Source: the human T2T-CHM13v2.0 reference genome, Homo sapiens. From it: a stretch of 64,000 nucleotides of DNA. Positions 14,790 to 27,844 of the stretch are shown in pieces. The stretch is taken from NCBI RefSeq assembly GCF_009914755.1, contig NC_060933.1; one strand, 5' to 3'. The notes under the pieces were generated by a model. It was not told where the DNA came from. It was given only the letters and a program-made list of their open reading frames with translations, and did no database searches. Both the position numbers and the translations under genes were made by a program. Every line of letters begins with the position of its first letter. Within the stretch, counting starts at the first letter, position 1.

Positions 14790-15020
14790 ATGTCTTGAGA
14801 GCAGTTCCAGGCCAGGCGCTGTGCTGAGTACTTTCCATGTGTTCGTTGATTAAAATCTGCATGACAACCCTGTTACCTCCATTTTGCAGACGGCGAAACC
14901 AAGGCTCAGAGGTTAGGTGGCTGGCTTGAGGCCCACAGCGAGGAAGTGGTTGGCGCGATAGCCCTTGCTCCTGACTGGTTTTCCCAGCATGCCCTTGCAC
15001 TCGTGTTCCGTCCATCTGAG
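14790..15020 (-). mobile_element. MIR SINE
   Basis: ccattttgcagacggcgaaaccaaggctcagaggttagg core. Confidence 0.65.
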
Positions 15021-15031
15021 TCCTGGCCTCC

Positions 15032-15409
15032 TGTATGAGTCATCTTGGGCTGCTGTTAACAGAATGCTGTGGGATGCCATGCCTAATGCCATAGGCTTAA
15101 TTAAACAACAGAAATGTATTTTCTCACAGTTCTGGAGGCTGGAGGTTGTGATTAGGTTGCCAGCACGGTTGGGTTCTGGTGAGGGCTGCCTCCTGGCTGT
15201 AGAGGGTCGCCCTGTCACTGTGTCCTCACGTGGGGGAGAGAGCAATCTCTTTCCCTTCTTACAAAGCCACCAATCCCCTCATGAAGGCCCCTCCAGTGTG
15301 ACCTCATTTAACCACACTTAACCTCCCAAAGACCCTTTCTTCAGATCCAGTCACACTGGGGGTTAGGGCTTCACCATCTGAATTGGGGGCACATAGTTCA
15401 GTCCATAGC
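15032..15409 (-). mobile_element. MLT1A0-like MaLR solo LTR
   Basis: aaacaacagaaatgtattttctcacagttctggaggctgg...ttcagtccatagca. Confidence 0.85.
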
Positions 15410-16294
15410 ACCTCCCCATGGCCTTCCTCTGTCCTCTCCTCATTAGCTGGGGGCTCCCCTCTCTATCTTTGCTCAGTTTCCCAACCTTTCTCCACCTTGG
15501 ATGAAAGCTGAAGCTGGGAAGGACAGCAGATGTGATTAAACCCATGCTCCTGTGATAAACAGGGCTGTTGAAACCCAAAGAAGAGAAAAGTCTTGCCCAA
15601 GGCCACACAGCAAGCCCATTGTAGATGGAGGACTGGAGCCTGGGTCCCTGAGTCCCAGTCCAGTGGCCCTGCTGTGCTGCAGGTGGAATGCTGGCATTCT
15701 CTGTTTTGAGTCTGGGCCTTGAAATTCACAGACCATGCTCTCCTCTGGCACAGTGGAGAGGCTAGCATGGCCAGGGCAGTGTCTCTGGGCCTGGAACATG
15801 ACTCGATTTCCCAGTATGTGCAAGCCTCAGCTTCCCCACCTCACAGACAACAGTCATGGGGATGCTTCCCTTGTCAGAAGGATGTGGGGCCCTTAGGATG
15901 ATAACATGGACAGCTCTGTTGAAAGGAGGATGCTTCAGGAGTGGATGGCAGGGACCTGGCTTCCTGCCTTGGCCTGTCCCCAATTTTATGTCTGGCCTGA
16001 GCAAGTCACAGCTCTGCTTTAGTCCTTAGTGTCCCCCTCATGAGGGACGTTGAGTGACCCACGCCCTGCCCTCTTCAGAACTGACATCATTACCTCGAGG
16101 ATGTTTTCCGATGTTTAAAGAGCCCCCTCCATGCCACAGTGTTGGCTCCATGACATCTCAACCTAGTGAGTCTTTTTGAATTGGAGTTTCCCGTTTGTAA
16201 AGCAGGAGCGGGGAAGAGCCTGGACAAGATCCCAAGCCTTCTTGCCTAGGAACGAAGGGAACAGCACTGGATATCGCGTACATCAAAGCACGAA

Positions 16295-16615
16295 ACCCTT
16301 ACCGCCCAAAGCGTAGTTTGAGGCCCAGCAGCCCTGGCCCCACCTGAGAGAGCTTGTTAGAAATGCAGAATCTCTGAGTGAGGCATGGTGGCATGGTGCC
16401 TGGAGTCCCAACCACTCGGGAGGCCGAGGTGGGAGGGTCGCTTGAGCCCAGGAGTTTGTTTGTGTTCTGCCTGCGCAACATAGTGAGACCCATCTCTAAA
16501 AAGGAAAAGAAATGCAGAATCTCGGGCCCTACCCCAGAACAGCTGAGCCAGAATCTGCATTTTTTTTCAAGATCCCCCCCAGCTGATCTGTATGCACACT
16601 GAGGTCTAAGTACTG
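16295..16615 (+). mobile_element. MER5A (hAT-Charlie MITE) split by a FLAM insertion
   Basis: cacctgagagagcttgttagaaatgcagaatctc / gggccctaccccaga...gatctgtatgcacact matches MER5A. Confidence 0.75.
16375..16507 (+). mobile_element. FLAM (Alu monomer) with 16-bp TSD
   Basis: Exact TSD agaaatgcagaatctc at 16359-16374 and 16508-16523. Confidence 0.85.
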
Positions 16616-16986
16616 ATTTCAGCCAGCTGGAGGTGCCCTTTTAGGTCACTTGTAACTCCAGTTATGATAAGTGCAAACAAATAAGTGGCAAGTGAGGCAA
16701 CTGGGCACATCTAGACCTCTTGAGACCTCAGCTTCCCCAACTGTAAAATGGGTGGAGTTGGAGGCTTTCTTGCTCAATGGTTTTCAAACTGTGTTCCTTG
16801 AAGCCTCAGGGTTCCCTGGAAGAGCCTCAGGGGTAGCCGTGGGGGTTGTGTGGGAGGCTAAGGGGGCCGGGGGCCCTAGAATTCACTATGCACACAGCCT
16901 GGCATGTCCCTGTGGTGCCATGGGCTGGTGGGCTCCTGTGTTGATCTGGAGGAAGAAGGTATTGAACGGAGTTTCTTCTTTCCCAG

Positions 16987-17246
16987 GGAGCGCTTGAAGC
17001 GCAGCCAGAAGAGCACCAAGGTGGAGGGCCCAGAGCCAGTGCCAGCCGAGGCCTCGCTGAGTGCCGAGCAAGGAACGATGACGGAGGTGAAGGTGAAGAC
17101 AGAGCTGCCCGATGACTACATCCAGGAGGTGATCTGGCAGGGCGAGGCCAAGGAGGAGAAGAAGGCGGTCAGCAAGGATGGGACCAGCGACGTGCCTGCC
17201 GAGATCTGCGTGGTGATCGGCGGCGTCCGCAACCAGCAGACCCTTG
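16987..17246 (+). CDS. ZNF618: ZNF618 coding exon, 260 nt (RERLKRSQK...GGVRNQQTL), phase 2 to 1
   Basis: Acceptor tttcttctttcccag|G; donor CTTG|gtgagt; CpG-rich coding-like composition; lies inside ORF 16904..17527. Confidence 0.95.
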
Positions 17247-17809
17247 GTGAGTGCCCAGCGTCTGTGGTCAGGGTGGAGACCAGGGTGGGAACATGGAGTC
17301 AGAGTCCTGGGGAAAAGCGGCCTGGCGCCTCTGCCCCCTTCCTGGCTGAGAGAACCTTTGCTGGCTTCCCTCTGCATTCAGGGAGAGATCTCAGCTTCTT
17401 AGACTTGCCTTTGCTTGTGCAGTTTCCGGCTGGAGAGCGCTTCTGTTTCTGCTGGGCAGCAGAACCCTATCCATCCATCAATACCCTGTTTAAGTCAAAT
17501 GCCTGGAACCTTCCGGGGGCCCAGTGAATCCCTTTGTCTGTCTCAGGGCTCCCATACCCCTGGGGGGTCTCCCACAGCCCTTACTGCTCGGTGTCCTAAA
17601 TGCCTCTCTACTGGAGATCCCAGTGCCGGTGCTGCTCAGAGCAGTACCCCATCAGGATTGGATCAGTGACAGATGGCACTTCCCCTGCCTCTTCTGGCCT
17701 GGGCCAGGCCCAGAGGAGCTCTGTGGAAACTCACATCTTAGCAACAATTTCTCTCCCTCCGGTCTCCAGCATGCACCAGGGATACCCCTCAGGGGCCCCC
17801 TGCACTGCT

Positions 17810-18150
17810 GCCAGGTTCACAGACTCAAATGCCCATGAGGCCCAACAAATATGTTTATTTAGCATAAATAGAGATGAGCCAACAGGACAGGTGGTGGGGA
17901 CCATGTCCAGTTAGAGAAGGCACGCCGCGTGTGTGGAGGGCGGCTGCTGCTCAGCTGCTGCACTGACGGTTGCTGGGTGGGGATACGGCTCAGCGTTGCC
18001 ACATCTCTGGACAAATCACACGCCAGAAATGAACATTTTGATGGGAATTCTTTTGGCTTTAAATGTTGCAACCAATTGACCTTTTGAAATCTGCCAAACA
18101 AAACATGTCTGTGGGTCAGAGTCCCTGTGGGCACAAGTTTGCAACCCCTG
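17810..18150. mobile_element. MER102-like hAT-Charlie element
   Basis: caaaacatgtctgtgggtcaga...gtttgcaacccctg terminus. Confidence 0.55.
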
Positions 18151-19102
18151 GTCTGTGACATAAAGTCCTCATTCCTGGCGTGGAGGCCTTGCCTGGTCTG
18201 GCTCCAGATTTCTGCTTCCCTCCACTCCCTACTCCATGTTTCCAAGGCTCAGTGTGTTCTTAGAAGTGCTGCTGCTGTCCAAGCCTCTGCTGCCTTCCTG
18301 GTCCAGCTCTGGCTCACCTCCTACTGACTTCCAAGCACCTCCATCTTCCTGGCGCACATCCTGTATGCGGCACCATGGCCTCGTTTCTGCAAGTTTAGAC
18401 TCAAGTCCTGGTGCCTTTTCTTCCCAGTTGTTGAGAATCATCCTTAAACTCCCTTTGCCAGCTGTTCCCTGCTGGTTGTGGCCATCTCAGCCCCACCTGG
18501 GTCATGGCAGCATCCTGCTAACAGCCATGCTTTTGCAGCTTGCCTGCCCCCTGCCCTGGCTGCCAGGAGGCCTTGGCCAAAACAGAACACCGACCATGTT
18601 GCTCCCCTGCTTATACCCTGGGACTCCCTACTGTCTCTAGAGTCGAGGCCAGAGCATTAAGAGCCTCCATAACCTGAACCTTCTAGCCCCATTTCTTGCT
18701 TCTGGTCTTCCCAGACCTTTCATTCCAGTGTAGTCTGCTCTTCCTGTACTTTGTGTATGCTGTTGCCTCTCCCAGGAATGCCTTCCCCCATTTCCACTTG
18801 CCCAAATCCAACCTATCCTTCGAGGCCAACTCCAGTGCCACCTCCTCCCAGAAGACTTCCTTGATCTCTTCTGGTGAGAGTGGGCTGTTTCTACCCTGCT
18901 CCTCAGTTGGTGCACTTTCTACTTTCTTTTTAGATTAGAGGGGCCCTGTCTGTGCCTGCCTCTTCCATGAAAGTGGAAACCCCTAGAGATTGGGGCTCCA
19001 GGACCTGCCTGATTTATGTCTCCATGTTCCCTGCTTCCACTCTGTAATACCAAACAAAGTATTGGTTTCTGGGAGTGGTAATGTTGACACTGGTGCTGCA
19101 GC

Positions 19103-19490
19103 TGTCAAGGTGGGGCCAGGTTATGCTGCAGTAACAAAAGATCCTGAAAGGTACAAAATATCTTAGTAGCTCAAAACCACAGCAGTTTATTTCTTGTTCA
19201 CACTACACGTCCATTGTGGGTCAAGAGGGACCTCTGCTCCCCTCTGGTCCCAGACTAAAAGCTGTCATGTAGAATGCTGCCAGGCAAGTGACAGAGGGAA
19301 AGCACGCTGTGGAGAGACTTACGCTGGCAATTAACTGCTGCAGCCAGAGAGAGAGGTGTTAATTCCGCTCACAGTCATTGGTTGGAACTAGTCACACGGC
19401 CCCACCCAACCTCAAAGAGGCTGGGAAATGCCGTCCTCCCATGTGACAGAATAGGGGTGAACCAGGAATGTTTGGGGAGGCGCAGGAGTG
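19103..19490 (-). mobile_element. MLT1K-like MaLR LTR
   Basis: ggttatgctgcagtaacaaaag...gtttatttcttgttcacactacacgtccattgtgggtc...actagtcacacggccccaccc. Confidence 0.7.
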
Positions 19491-21234
19491 ACTTAGGCCA
19501 GTGTGGAATGAGAGAGTGAGTCTTTTCAGGGGCCTGCGCTGACGTTTCTCCATCAGTATTCACTCCCTGAGGCCAGGGACTGTGTTAATCACTGGTGGAT
19601 TTGTTAGTTAATGGAGAAGACCTGCACTTGCTCTCTTTGGTATCTGTGTGTGTTAAGACTCATTAGACCCAGTAGCTGTTTCTGCCCTTCACCAGGAGAT
19701 GCCCAGGAAAGGATGGTTGAATCTGAATCCTGGGATAGAGCCAGCAGTCTGGATTCAGTGGGGAAAGCTCTGGGCAGCTAGGCCAGGGAAATGCTGGGAA
19801 TCTTCCTTAGGCCAGCTGCCTGCACAGTGAGAGCCCCAGGACCCGTGAGCCTCATGCCAGCCACCGATGCTGATTCCAGCTGAGCTGCTGCTCAGCAGCA
19901 GGGTCCTTGGCCTCACTGTACCTTAGTGTCCTCCTGTGTTACATGAGGCATGGCCCCTGTCCCGGCCACCTCATGGGCGTGGCCATCCAAGGCGGCAGTG
20001 GAAGGAAACAGTGTTGCCTGAGGAGAATGAGCTGGGATCCTTGGACTGGGAGTGAATCCAGGCTCCATGACTTAACTGGTGTGCTACCTCAGGCCCTGTC
20101 TGTCTCAGTTCTTACAATTATGAAATCATCAGGCTATCTGAGTATTCAATGAGATAATGTATGTGAAGTGCTCAACATTGTGCTTAGTAAACAAGTAGCT
20201 AGTATTCTCAGTACTACTAATATTAACAGTATAAAATGCCTCTTCAAGAGGAAGGGATAGTCATTGTTTCTGCTTTTTCCCATCTAAGAAGTAAGCTATT
20301 GTGATATATTGAAACGATGGGATGGGGAATAAAGTCGGTGCAGGATAAGGTATTAGAAGACAGGGATTCCAAGTGGGCTTCAGTTTTCTCCCCTGGGAAC
20401 TGGACTGGGAAACCTGTCTGGACCTTGGTGTTCCTTCTAGTACTGCTTCCCTCCAATTCAGGGACTTTGAGGATCTTGTAATCTGCTTTGGGCAGACCCC
20501 TGTGAAAAAGATGTAGAAGCCCCAGTGACAAGGGACGTGTGGAGCTGCCATGGTGTAGCCCTACGGAAGCAGGGCCAGAGTGCTCCCTGCTGTCACGGCA
20601 GCTCATCTTGCATGCTGGAAGTCAGGCTTTTCTGCCTAGGGATGGGGGTTTTCTTCCAAGGGTCAGGCTCAGAGGAAGCTGGCTTGGCCTCATCACCAGG
20701 AAAGAAAGGCATTTAAAAACAAAATCAGTGTTAGAGTTGAACCTTTTGGACTCCTCTCATCTCAAGATGGCAAGTAGATTTTGTGGGTTAAGTCCAAGCA
20801 GTTGCTACTGGCTGTAAGGAGTTCTCTGTTGAGGATTCTAAAGGGTGGCATGATTGATTGTTGGTGTCTGCCCTGGATGTAGAAGTGGGCAGTGGAGCTA
20901 TGCATGCTGTCAATTTGGTACCCATGACCTCCTTATTTTATAGAGGGGCAGACAAGGCCTGAGGAAAGGATGAGAGTTGCCCAGGGTCACCCAGGAAGTT
21001 GGTGACATTTTCTTTCGTGTTATGAAGGGCCTACCACAACACCTACCTCCTACCTGCTTCTGAAAGTGTATGAAGGAGGGAAAGCTCTCCCAGGGACCTG
21101 GCTGGGGTGGGGTGCTGGTTAGAGCTTGCTTTTAAGTGAGCCCCTGCTGCAGTGTGCATTCGTTGTCCTGGTCACCGGGCATGGGGGAGTTAACGTGTTC
21201 CTGGGGCACTTGGCGGGGAGTGCTGGGTGCTGTG

Positions 21235-21942
21235 GTGCCCAGGGCCTCCTGAGTACTTCGCTAACCCAGCCTCGCTCCGGGCTCAGAGACGGGCTCTGTT
21301 GCTGAGTAGAAGAGTGTTCCTGTTCAGTCACCCAGTGCTGCGCCATGAGGGAGCCTCCCCGAGTCCACACTGGCCCTTTAATAGCCATCAGACAAACAAT
21401 GTTCCCAGTGACACAAACATCATCCAAGGCACTTCCCGTGGGGGAGCCCGGGTCATGGACACACAGATGGCATTTGGCAGCTTCTCCTGCTGGAGTCAGG
21501 AGGGGCATCAGTGCCCAGGAGGCTGGCTGCCAAGTTCGCAATGGTTGCTGCTGCTTCCCTGCTGCCCAGAGAATTCCCTGTGCTGAGAAGGGTGTCTCTC
21601 ACTCCGAGAAAGAAAGTCACTGCCATTGGAGCTGGTGCAGGGTTTGGGGGCAAGACCAAGAGCTTCCTTTTATAGTAAGAAGAGCAGAGATGATAGATAC
21701 TAAACTTAATAACTTTGCTGGATAAAAGCAGAAATGAAAGAAAGGAAGTTAACAGACGCCTGCACCCATCTGACAGGCTGCAGGAACAGCTCTGTACAGC
21801 AGCCCCAAGAAGGAAGGGCAGACCACACTTGAGGTTTCAGGGGCTCCTCTAGGAGGAGGAGCAAACACAAGGCACTACCATTGCTCCTGCCGTGCCAAGG
21901 GCCTCCTGAGGACTTCGCTCACCCAGCCTCGCTCCGGGTTCA
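21235..21942 (+). repeat. Pair of 51-bp direct repeats (21235-21285 and 21892-21942)
   Basis: 47/51 identical by manual alignment. Confidence 0.9.
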
Positions 21943-23445
21943 TGGCAGTCCCATGTTCATGGCAGACACTGCGAATTGATTACTGTACATTGTCCAATGA
22001 TGCACCTCAGAATCCTTCTCAACACAGTATGCCAAGAGGTCTCTGCCAGTCAGCTAGAATTGAAAAATTAGAAGTGGAAACCTACTTGCCATTCTTCTTG
22101 ATGAAGATAAGGCAAGTTGGGTTTACAACAGTGAGAGCATCCAGCCCTTAGACTATTTCCTGGCTCTGAGAGATAAGGATGCCCGCATCCCATTATGGTG
22201 GTCCAGGTGTACTGTTAAGCAGTGGGTACTCTTTCCTATGCTGTGAAACCACTGGTCCTTAATCCTGAGGTGTTTACTAATGAGGGAGTCCAGGGAGAGC
22301 AGTAGGGGCCCAGAGACCCGAGACTTAACTGAGTTTCCTCAGTAGCAGTGCAGGAGACCGTGGAGGGAATGAGTGACCCAGACTTGACCCCTCTTCAGAT
22401 GAGGGACAGGGACCAACTGGGTTATTCCCCGATAGTGGAGACCTGAAGAGGGGGATAATGGAATCTAAATATTCACAACTTACAGCATTTTGCAAGGTGC
22501 GCATGGAGCAGACACATTCCAGGGTGTCCTAGCCAATACGGAGAAGTCTCCAGGAGGGGATTTCAACTCAGTAAAAGGAAGGACTTCGTGTGATCATGGG
22601 AACTGTTTGGTAACTGGACATAAGCCTGTGAGGGAGTGAGTTCCCCGTCCTGACATAGGTGATCAGGGAGGGTCACTGGACAAAGTGCAGGAGCGGGAGT
22701 CAAGGATGAGATAGATGGGAGACTGGATTCTGCAAGGATGTTTCTAGGCAGCAAGCTTTCAGGACCGAGGTACAGAGGTGTTCTCACACACATAGGGCAG
22801 CCCAGAGAGCCAGGAAAAGAGGAGGAAGGAGCTCCAACCAGGAGGCAGCAGCCAGGCTATGGCGCTGGAAGGAGCAGCAGAAGAGCTTGACAGTCATTCA
22901 GACACAGCCACGTGGGTTTCAGCCTGTGACAGACCCAGGCAGCGTAGGTGCCAGGTCCTGCTTCATCGTGCCAGCTGATAGTTCGTTTCCTGTTTCAATA
23001 GGTTGTTGGCAGGGCCTCACACAAGAGCCTGCCAGAACCAACACTCAGCTCTTTGCTGCAGCCACTCGGAAAGGAGGAGTTCTGGCCACCCTCCCAGGCG
23101 CGTCCTGTCTCTGCTACTGACGCTTCCTCTTGGGGTCTGAAGGGTTAGAGGGTCCCTGTTAGAAAGGGCCCTTGGGCTGTAAGTCAAGAGCCCAGGGTTT
23201 ACCCTACTGTGGGGACTTGAATAAGCCCCTTAACTTCTCTAAGCCACCGTGTCTTGAATGGTCAGTAGGTAGAATAAAAGTCTGCCCCTCTTTCCAGTAG
23301 AATTGTTGGGGGCAGAGTGACGTAATAGGTATGGAAGTGTTTTTAACGGGACAAAAAACGTAAAACCAGTACCACTGCTATTAGCTGGAACCTCAGGACA
23401 TTGATGCCTCTGGGGTTACCTCTAGAGTGACAGGAACCTAAAAGG

Positions 23446-24460
23446 CCAAGGTTTTCAAACATTTGTTTTTGCTCAATACCTCCTAAAAGAATTTTGAAAA
23501 CTGTATATTCTTTTTCACATGTTTGAGTTGCCATCTAACATTTTTATCCAAAGTTTAAATCATTGCAAAGGATATAATTTCCAGGATATTGTGTAAAAAA
23601 AAAAAAAAGGTGGCATTTTGGAAATAAAACTGTGAACCAATTTTCAAAATGTATCCAAGGGAATCCAAACACTACCACTATTTGATATCCACCATCATCA
23701 CTTCAAAAACATATGAACAAGCCTATCTTTAACAGTCAGAAATTTTACATCTTTCCTTTTTCTCCTTGAGCTCATATTTCCAGTCCACTGCCCCCACAGG
23801 GTTTTATCCTAATGTAAAATATATTTTTTATGCTTGAAAGTCTTTTATTGATCACCGTTTCACACTCATCACCATAACAAGATGTACATAAATTGAAATT
23901 GAAATTTCTAAAAAAAAAAAAAATTTCCTGGGATCATAAAGCTCTACATTCTCCAACATTTTTTTTTCCAGATTGAGTTGTTATTAGCATACAATTCATC
24001 AAAAACAAATTTAGGTAAATAGTAAATGTAAAAGTAAAAAATTATTGAAAATGCATCTCTTAATGAAATGGATAGGGCTTCATTTCTTTCTCAATTGGCT
24101 CATGTATCTCTGAATTAATATTTCTTATTGCTAGAAGGAGACAAGATTCGACATTAATTTAATTCCTATCTTTTGGTTTTTGTAGGTCTAAGTGCTTAGA
24201 AAGCTCAGTCACATATGTAAGTAGCTGGCAGTGGATAGAGTTTTGTTTTAGCAGTGTCACTCAATTCTTTGAATTCCTTCCAAGTTGTATGCCAGAAATC
24301 ACACAGGGGTCTATCATCAGATGATATTTTTAATGGTCTCTTCGCTGACAACTCCATTATATCCTCCTCTAATTTTGTTGAGAGCAGAGAGTTGGAAGTC
24401 ACCCGATTCAAAAAAGGAGTTGTTCCTGGTCATTAGATCCACTCACTTTCTGAGCCCGAC
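23446..24460 (-). mobile_element. Charlie-family (hAT) DNA transposon remnant with decayed transposase C-terminus
   Basis: The minus strand of 24060-24411 translates to LCDFWHTTWKEFKELSDTAKTKLYPLPATYICD*AF*AL..TKTK/DRN*INVE...KPYPFH*, resembling the hATC dimerisation tail of Charlie/ZBED5-type transposases. A TIR-like ccaaggttttcaaac lies near 23446. Confidence 0.75.
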
Positions 24461-25705
24461 ACCAGTATTGTAGGGTCACCTCTTTGCTTGGAGCCCCAGG
24501 GTTTTCATCTCTTGGGGCAGGCACCGTGGTAGGATTAGGGGTGGGTGAAAGGATCGTCTTTTGTTTGTAACGTGGCACAAGGGTGAAGGTGAGAGTGGGA
24601 AGAACCAGCGAGTGGGGCCTCCCACCTGCCAGATTCTCTGGCACATTGATTTTAGGAAAGAACACATTTAGAAGCTGATGATTCTCTTAAGGCTGCGTGG
24701 ACCTACTTACCCCTTGGGCAGCCACCACACACCCCCAGGAGATTTGTGCTTCACTCAGAAGACCCTGCTCCAGAGGACATTTGGTTTGAGGCCAAGCCCC
24801 AGAGCCTCAGGAAACCCACTTGTCCATGACTTCCCTGTTCAGATCCCCTGTCATTCGGCAAGCCCTGGACCCAGCTCCTGTTGCATGTTTGAACAGAGAG
24901 GGCTGGACACACTCCTGAACATTTGTTCTCTGAACAGTGGCTCCTGAGACGCTCTGAGCTAAATATGGGACTGTCCATTGTAAGGAACCAGCCTTCTGTC
25001 CCTACCCTTGCGTTTTTCTTCTCTCATTCACCAGCTTTGGATTTCTATCTTGTCACATTTTGTGTATTGTGAAAGGTGCCCGAGCTTCTCTAGACCTGGC
25101 TGGGTGCAAAGGGTTGCTACCCCACATTCTTTCTCAGAAGCCTGCATCCTCTCCTAGGCATCTTCCCAGCGTCCCCCTCTGTGACTTCAGGAACTAGACC
25201 CCCTGTCCTCGCCTGGTCTGTCTGATGCTCTGGGAGGGAGCTAAGCCAGGTGTTTAGGGAAAGTGCTCAGTGGGAGCTGTGAACTCGGATTAGTTGGGAT
25301 GGCGACTGTTGCATCACTTGTGATAGCAGGAATGGGAAGAGGAAAAGTCCGCTCCTGCCTCCTGTGTGCTGGCAAGCCCTGCCAGCCATCCCTGGGAGCA
25401 GTCCCAGGGCTCTCAATAGGGGACTCTGGGGAGTCCTGTGGCAGCACCAGACATAGTGGGGGGCTCTGCTGCCCTGTAGCATTTAAGGAAAGTGCCATGA
25501 CTGAAAGGAACACACAGCTTGCCTGACATCCAGCAGGTGACCTGGGGTGGTGGCAGTAGCATGGCTCTGGATCCCCAAGGCCTACTTTGAGCCCAGTTCC
25601 TTGCCAGCCACTAGCCAAGCTGATGCTCATCCTTGCGACGGATGTTGAGTTGCCAGCCTCATGAGGACTTCTGGGAAGATGGTGGACGGAAATGAGACCT
25701 GGTAA

Positions 25706-26055
<350 letters not shown>

Positions 26056-26919
26056 CCCACAAGCACCATTTCTTCCTGGTGCTTTCCAAGAAGCTAGTTG
26101 TGTGGCTTGGGAGCAAATCAGATCTGACCGACCTCTGGTGCTATTCGTTGCCCCTCTGGTCCTCACTTTCCTCATCTGAAAAATGGGGATAATAATCACC
26201 TTTACCTGCTGGAATTGTGAGGATGAACTGAGCTGGTGTGAGAAACCCCTGAGCCAGGACCCCGAGCCCACTAACTGGCTGCATGAACTGGGCGAAATGC
26301 TGCACACAGCTGCCCTAGCCTCTGCTTCCTCACCCATGCAGTGGGGCAGAGGTCAGTCTGCATGGAAACATTGCAGATGAAGTGAGCCCAGACAGGTGGT
26401 GATGGTGATAGCCATGGTTCATAGAGGAAAAAAGTGGCTGGGATGAACAGAAGAGGGAGCGTGCTGGGCAGGGAGCCAGGCGTCGGGGCTGAGGACTGCC
26501 TGAGCTGAGTCCCCAAGAAGGCCCTCCTTGCACCACTGCATCAGTCTGGGTCTGTGGTGGCCACAGGCCAGGGGGATGCATGGACACTGCACCCGTGGGG
26601 CACATGTCCTTGGAGGGTGATTTTGCTGGAGGGTTTTTGGGTAGAAATTGTGTGTTCTAACCATATGTTGAATCAGAATATAGAGAAAACACAAAACTGA
26701 ATTCAGGGAGCTGTTGACCCATGGCTGCTGTATTCTGCCATGTGCCAGCCTCCCTGGGGAACATGTGGATGCCCCTTGGCCAGCACAAGGTTTTTAACGA
26801 AGAGGTAGGCAGTGTGATCTTGTCCACGCTTCTCAAAGTGCAGCCAACTTCGCCCCTTCCCTAACCTTCCAGGCATTCTCCAACTTTAAGGGCTCTTTCT
26901 GATTTCTTACGTAATTCAG

Positions 26920-27015
26920 ATGGAAAAGCGCCCGAAGGCAGCCCCCACGGTGGATCTGTGCGAAGCCGGTATTCAGGGACCTGGATTTTTGACCAAGCAT
27001 TGAGATATGCATCTG
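26920..27015 (+). CDS. ZNF618: ZNF618 cassette exon, 96 nt (DGKAPEGSPHGGSVRSRYSGTWIFDQALRYAS)
   Basis: Acceptor tttcttacgtaattcag|A; donor TCTG|gtacgt; open in phase 1-1; peptide recognised from the longer ZNF618 isoform. Confidence 0.88.
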
Positions 27016-27844
27016 GTACGTGATGGCCAAGGGGTAGTGCCTGATCCGGGGCCAGTATGGGTGGGGGCACAGCTGGACACAGCCATCAGTTACAGACCTG
27101 AGTAAGCAGGCCCCTGTTAGCATCTCAGGGTCAAGAGGGGCCACCTTCTTCATCCCCTGTCCTGGCTACATGTGAGCAAATCTGACTGGGACCCTGGAAG
27201 TACTGGACTACTGGAGGGACGATAGAGCATGTGGAAATCTGGACGCCTAGAATGTCCAGAGCATTTTGGCAGCACTTCCTATGGGCCGCAACTCTGAAAC
27301 AGGCCAAGGGGACAAAAGGGTTCCAAGCCAAATGTGTTTGGGAGACCCTGGGTTAAACAGTAGCTGACCTCTCTCCCTGCAGGACTTCTCAGGGCCTGCG
27401 GCTGCCCCTGTGCAGTGGCCTCCCCAGGACAGGCCACGCCACGAGGTCTCCCTCATGCACTCTTGGCCATGGTCCTCTTTTTGCTGGGGTGCATTCAGGA
27501 AGTTGGGTTCCAAAGAATAAACTTCGGAAAATGCTGCTAGTAACAGCAGCTGACCTGTATCGTGTGCCTGCTGTGGACCAGGCCCTGTGCTAAGGAGCCA
27601 CCACGTTATCCCTCACAACCCGTTCCCCTGAGGGGTGTACAGTGTTACAGGGAGGAAACCTGAGGTGTGGGTGGTTCCATGACTTGTCCAGGGCTCCCTC
27701 TGCTGGGATGTGGTGAGCCAGGGTTTGCACCCAGGTTTGCTGGCATCACTGCACTGAGGGCTGCCCCTCTAGTGAACTCTCCCCATGCCCCACCTCTCAC
27801 CTCCCTGGCCCCATCACAAAGGGGAACCTGAAGCCCAGAGTCGG

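Noticed and set aside
16904-17527. 207-aa ORF as a standalone gene
   Set aside because: Only 16987-17246 is bounded by splice sites; the rest is intronic read-through.
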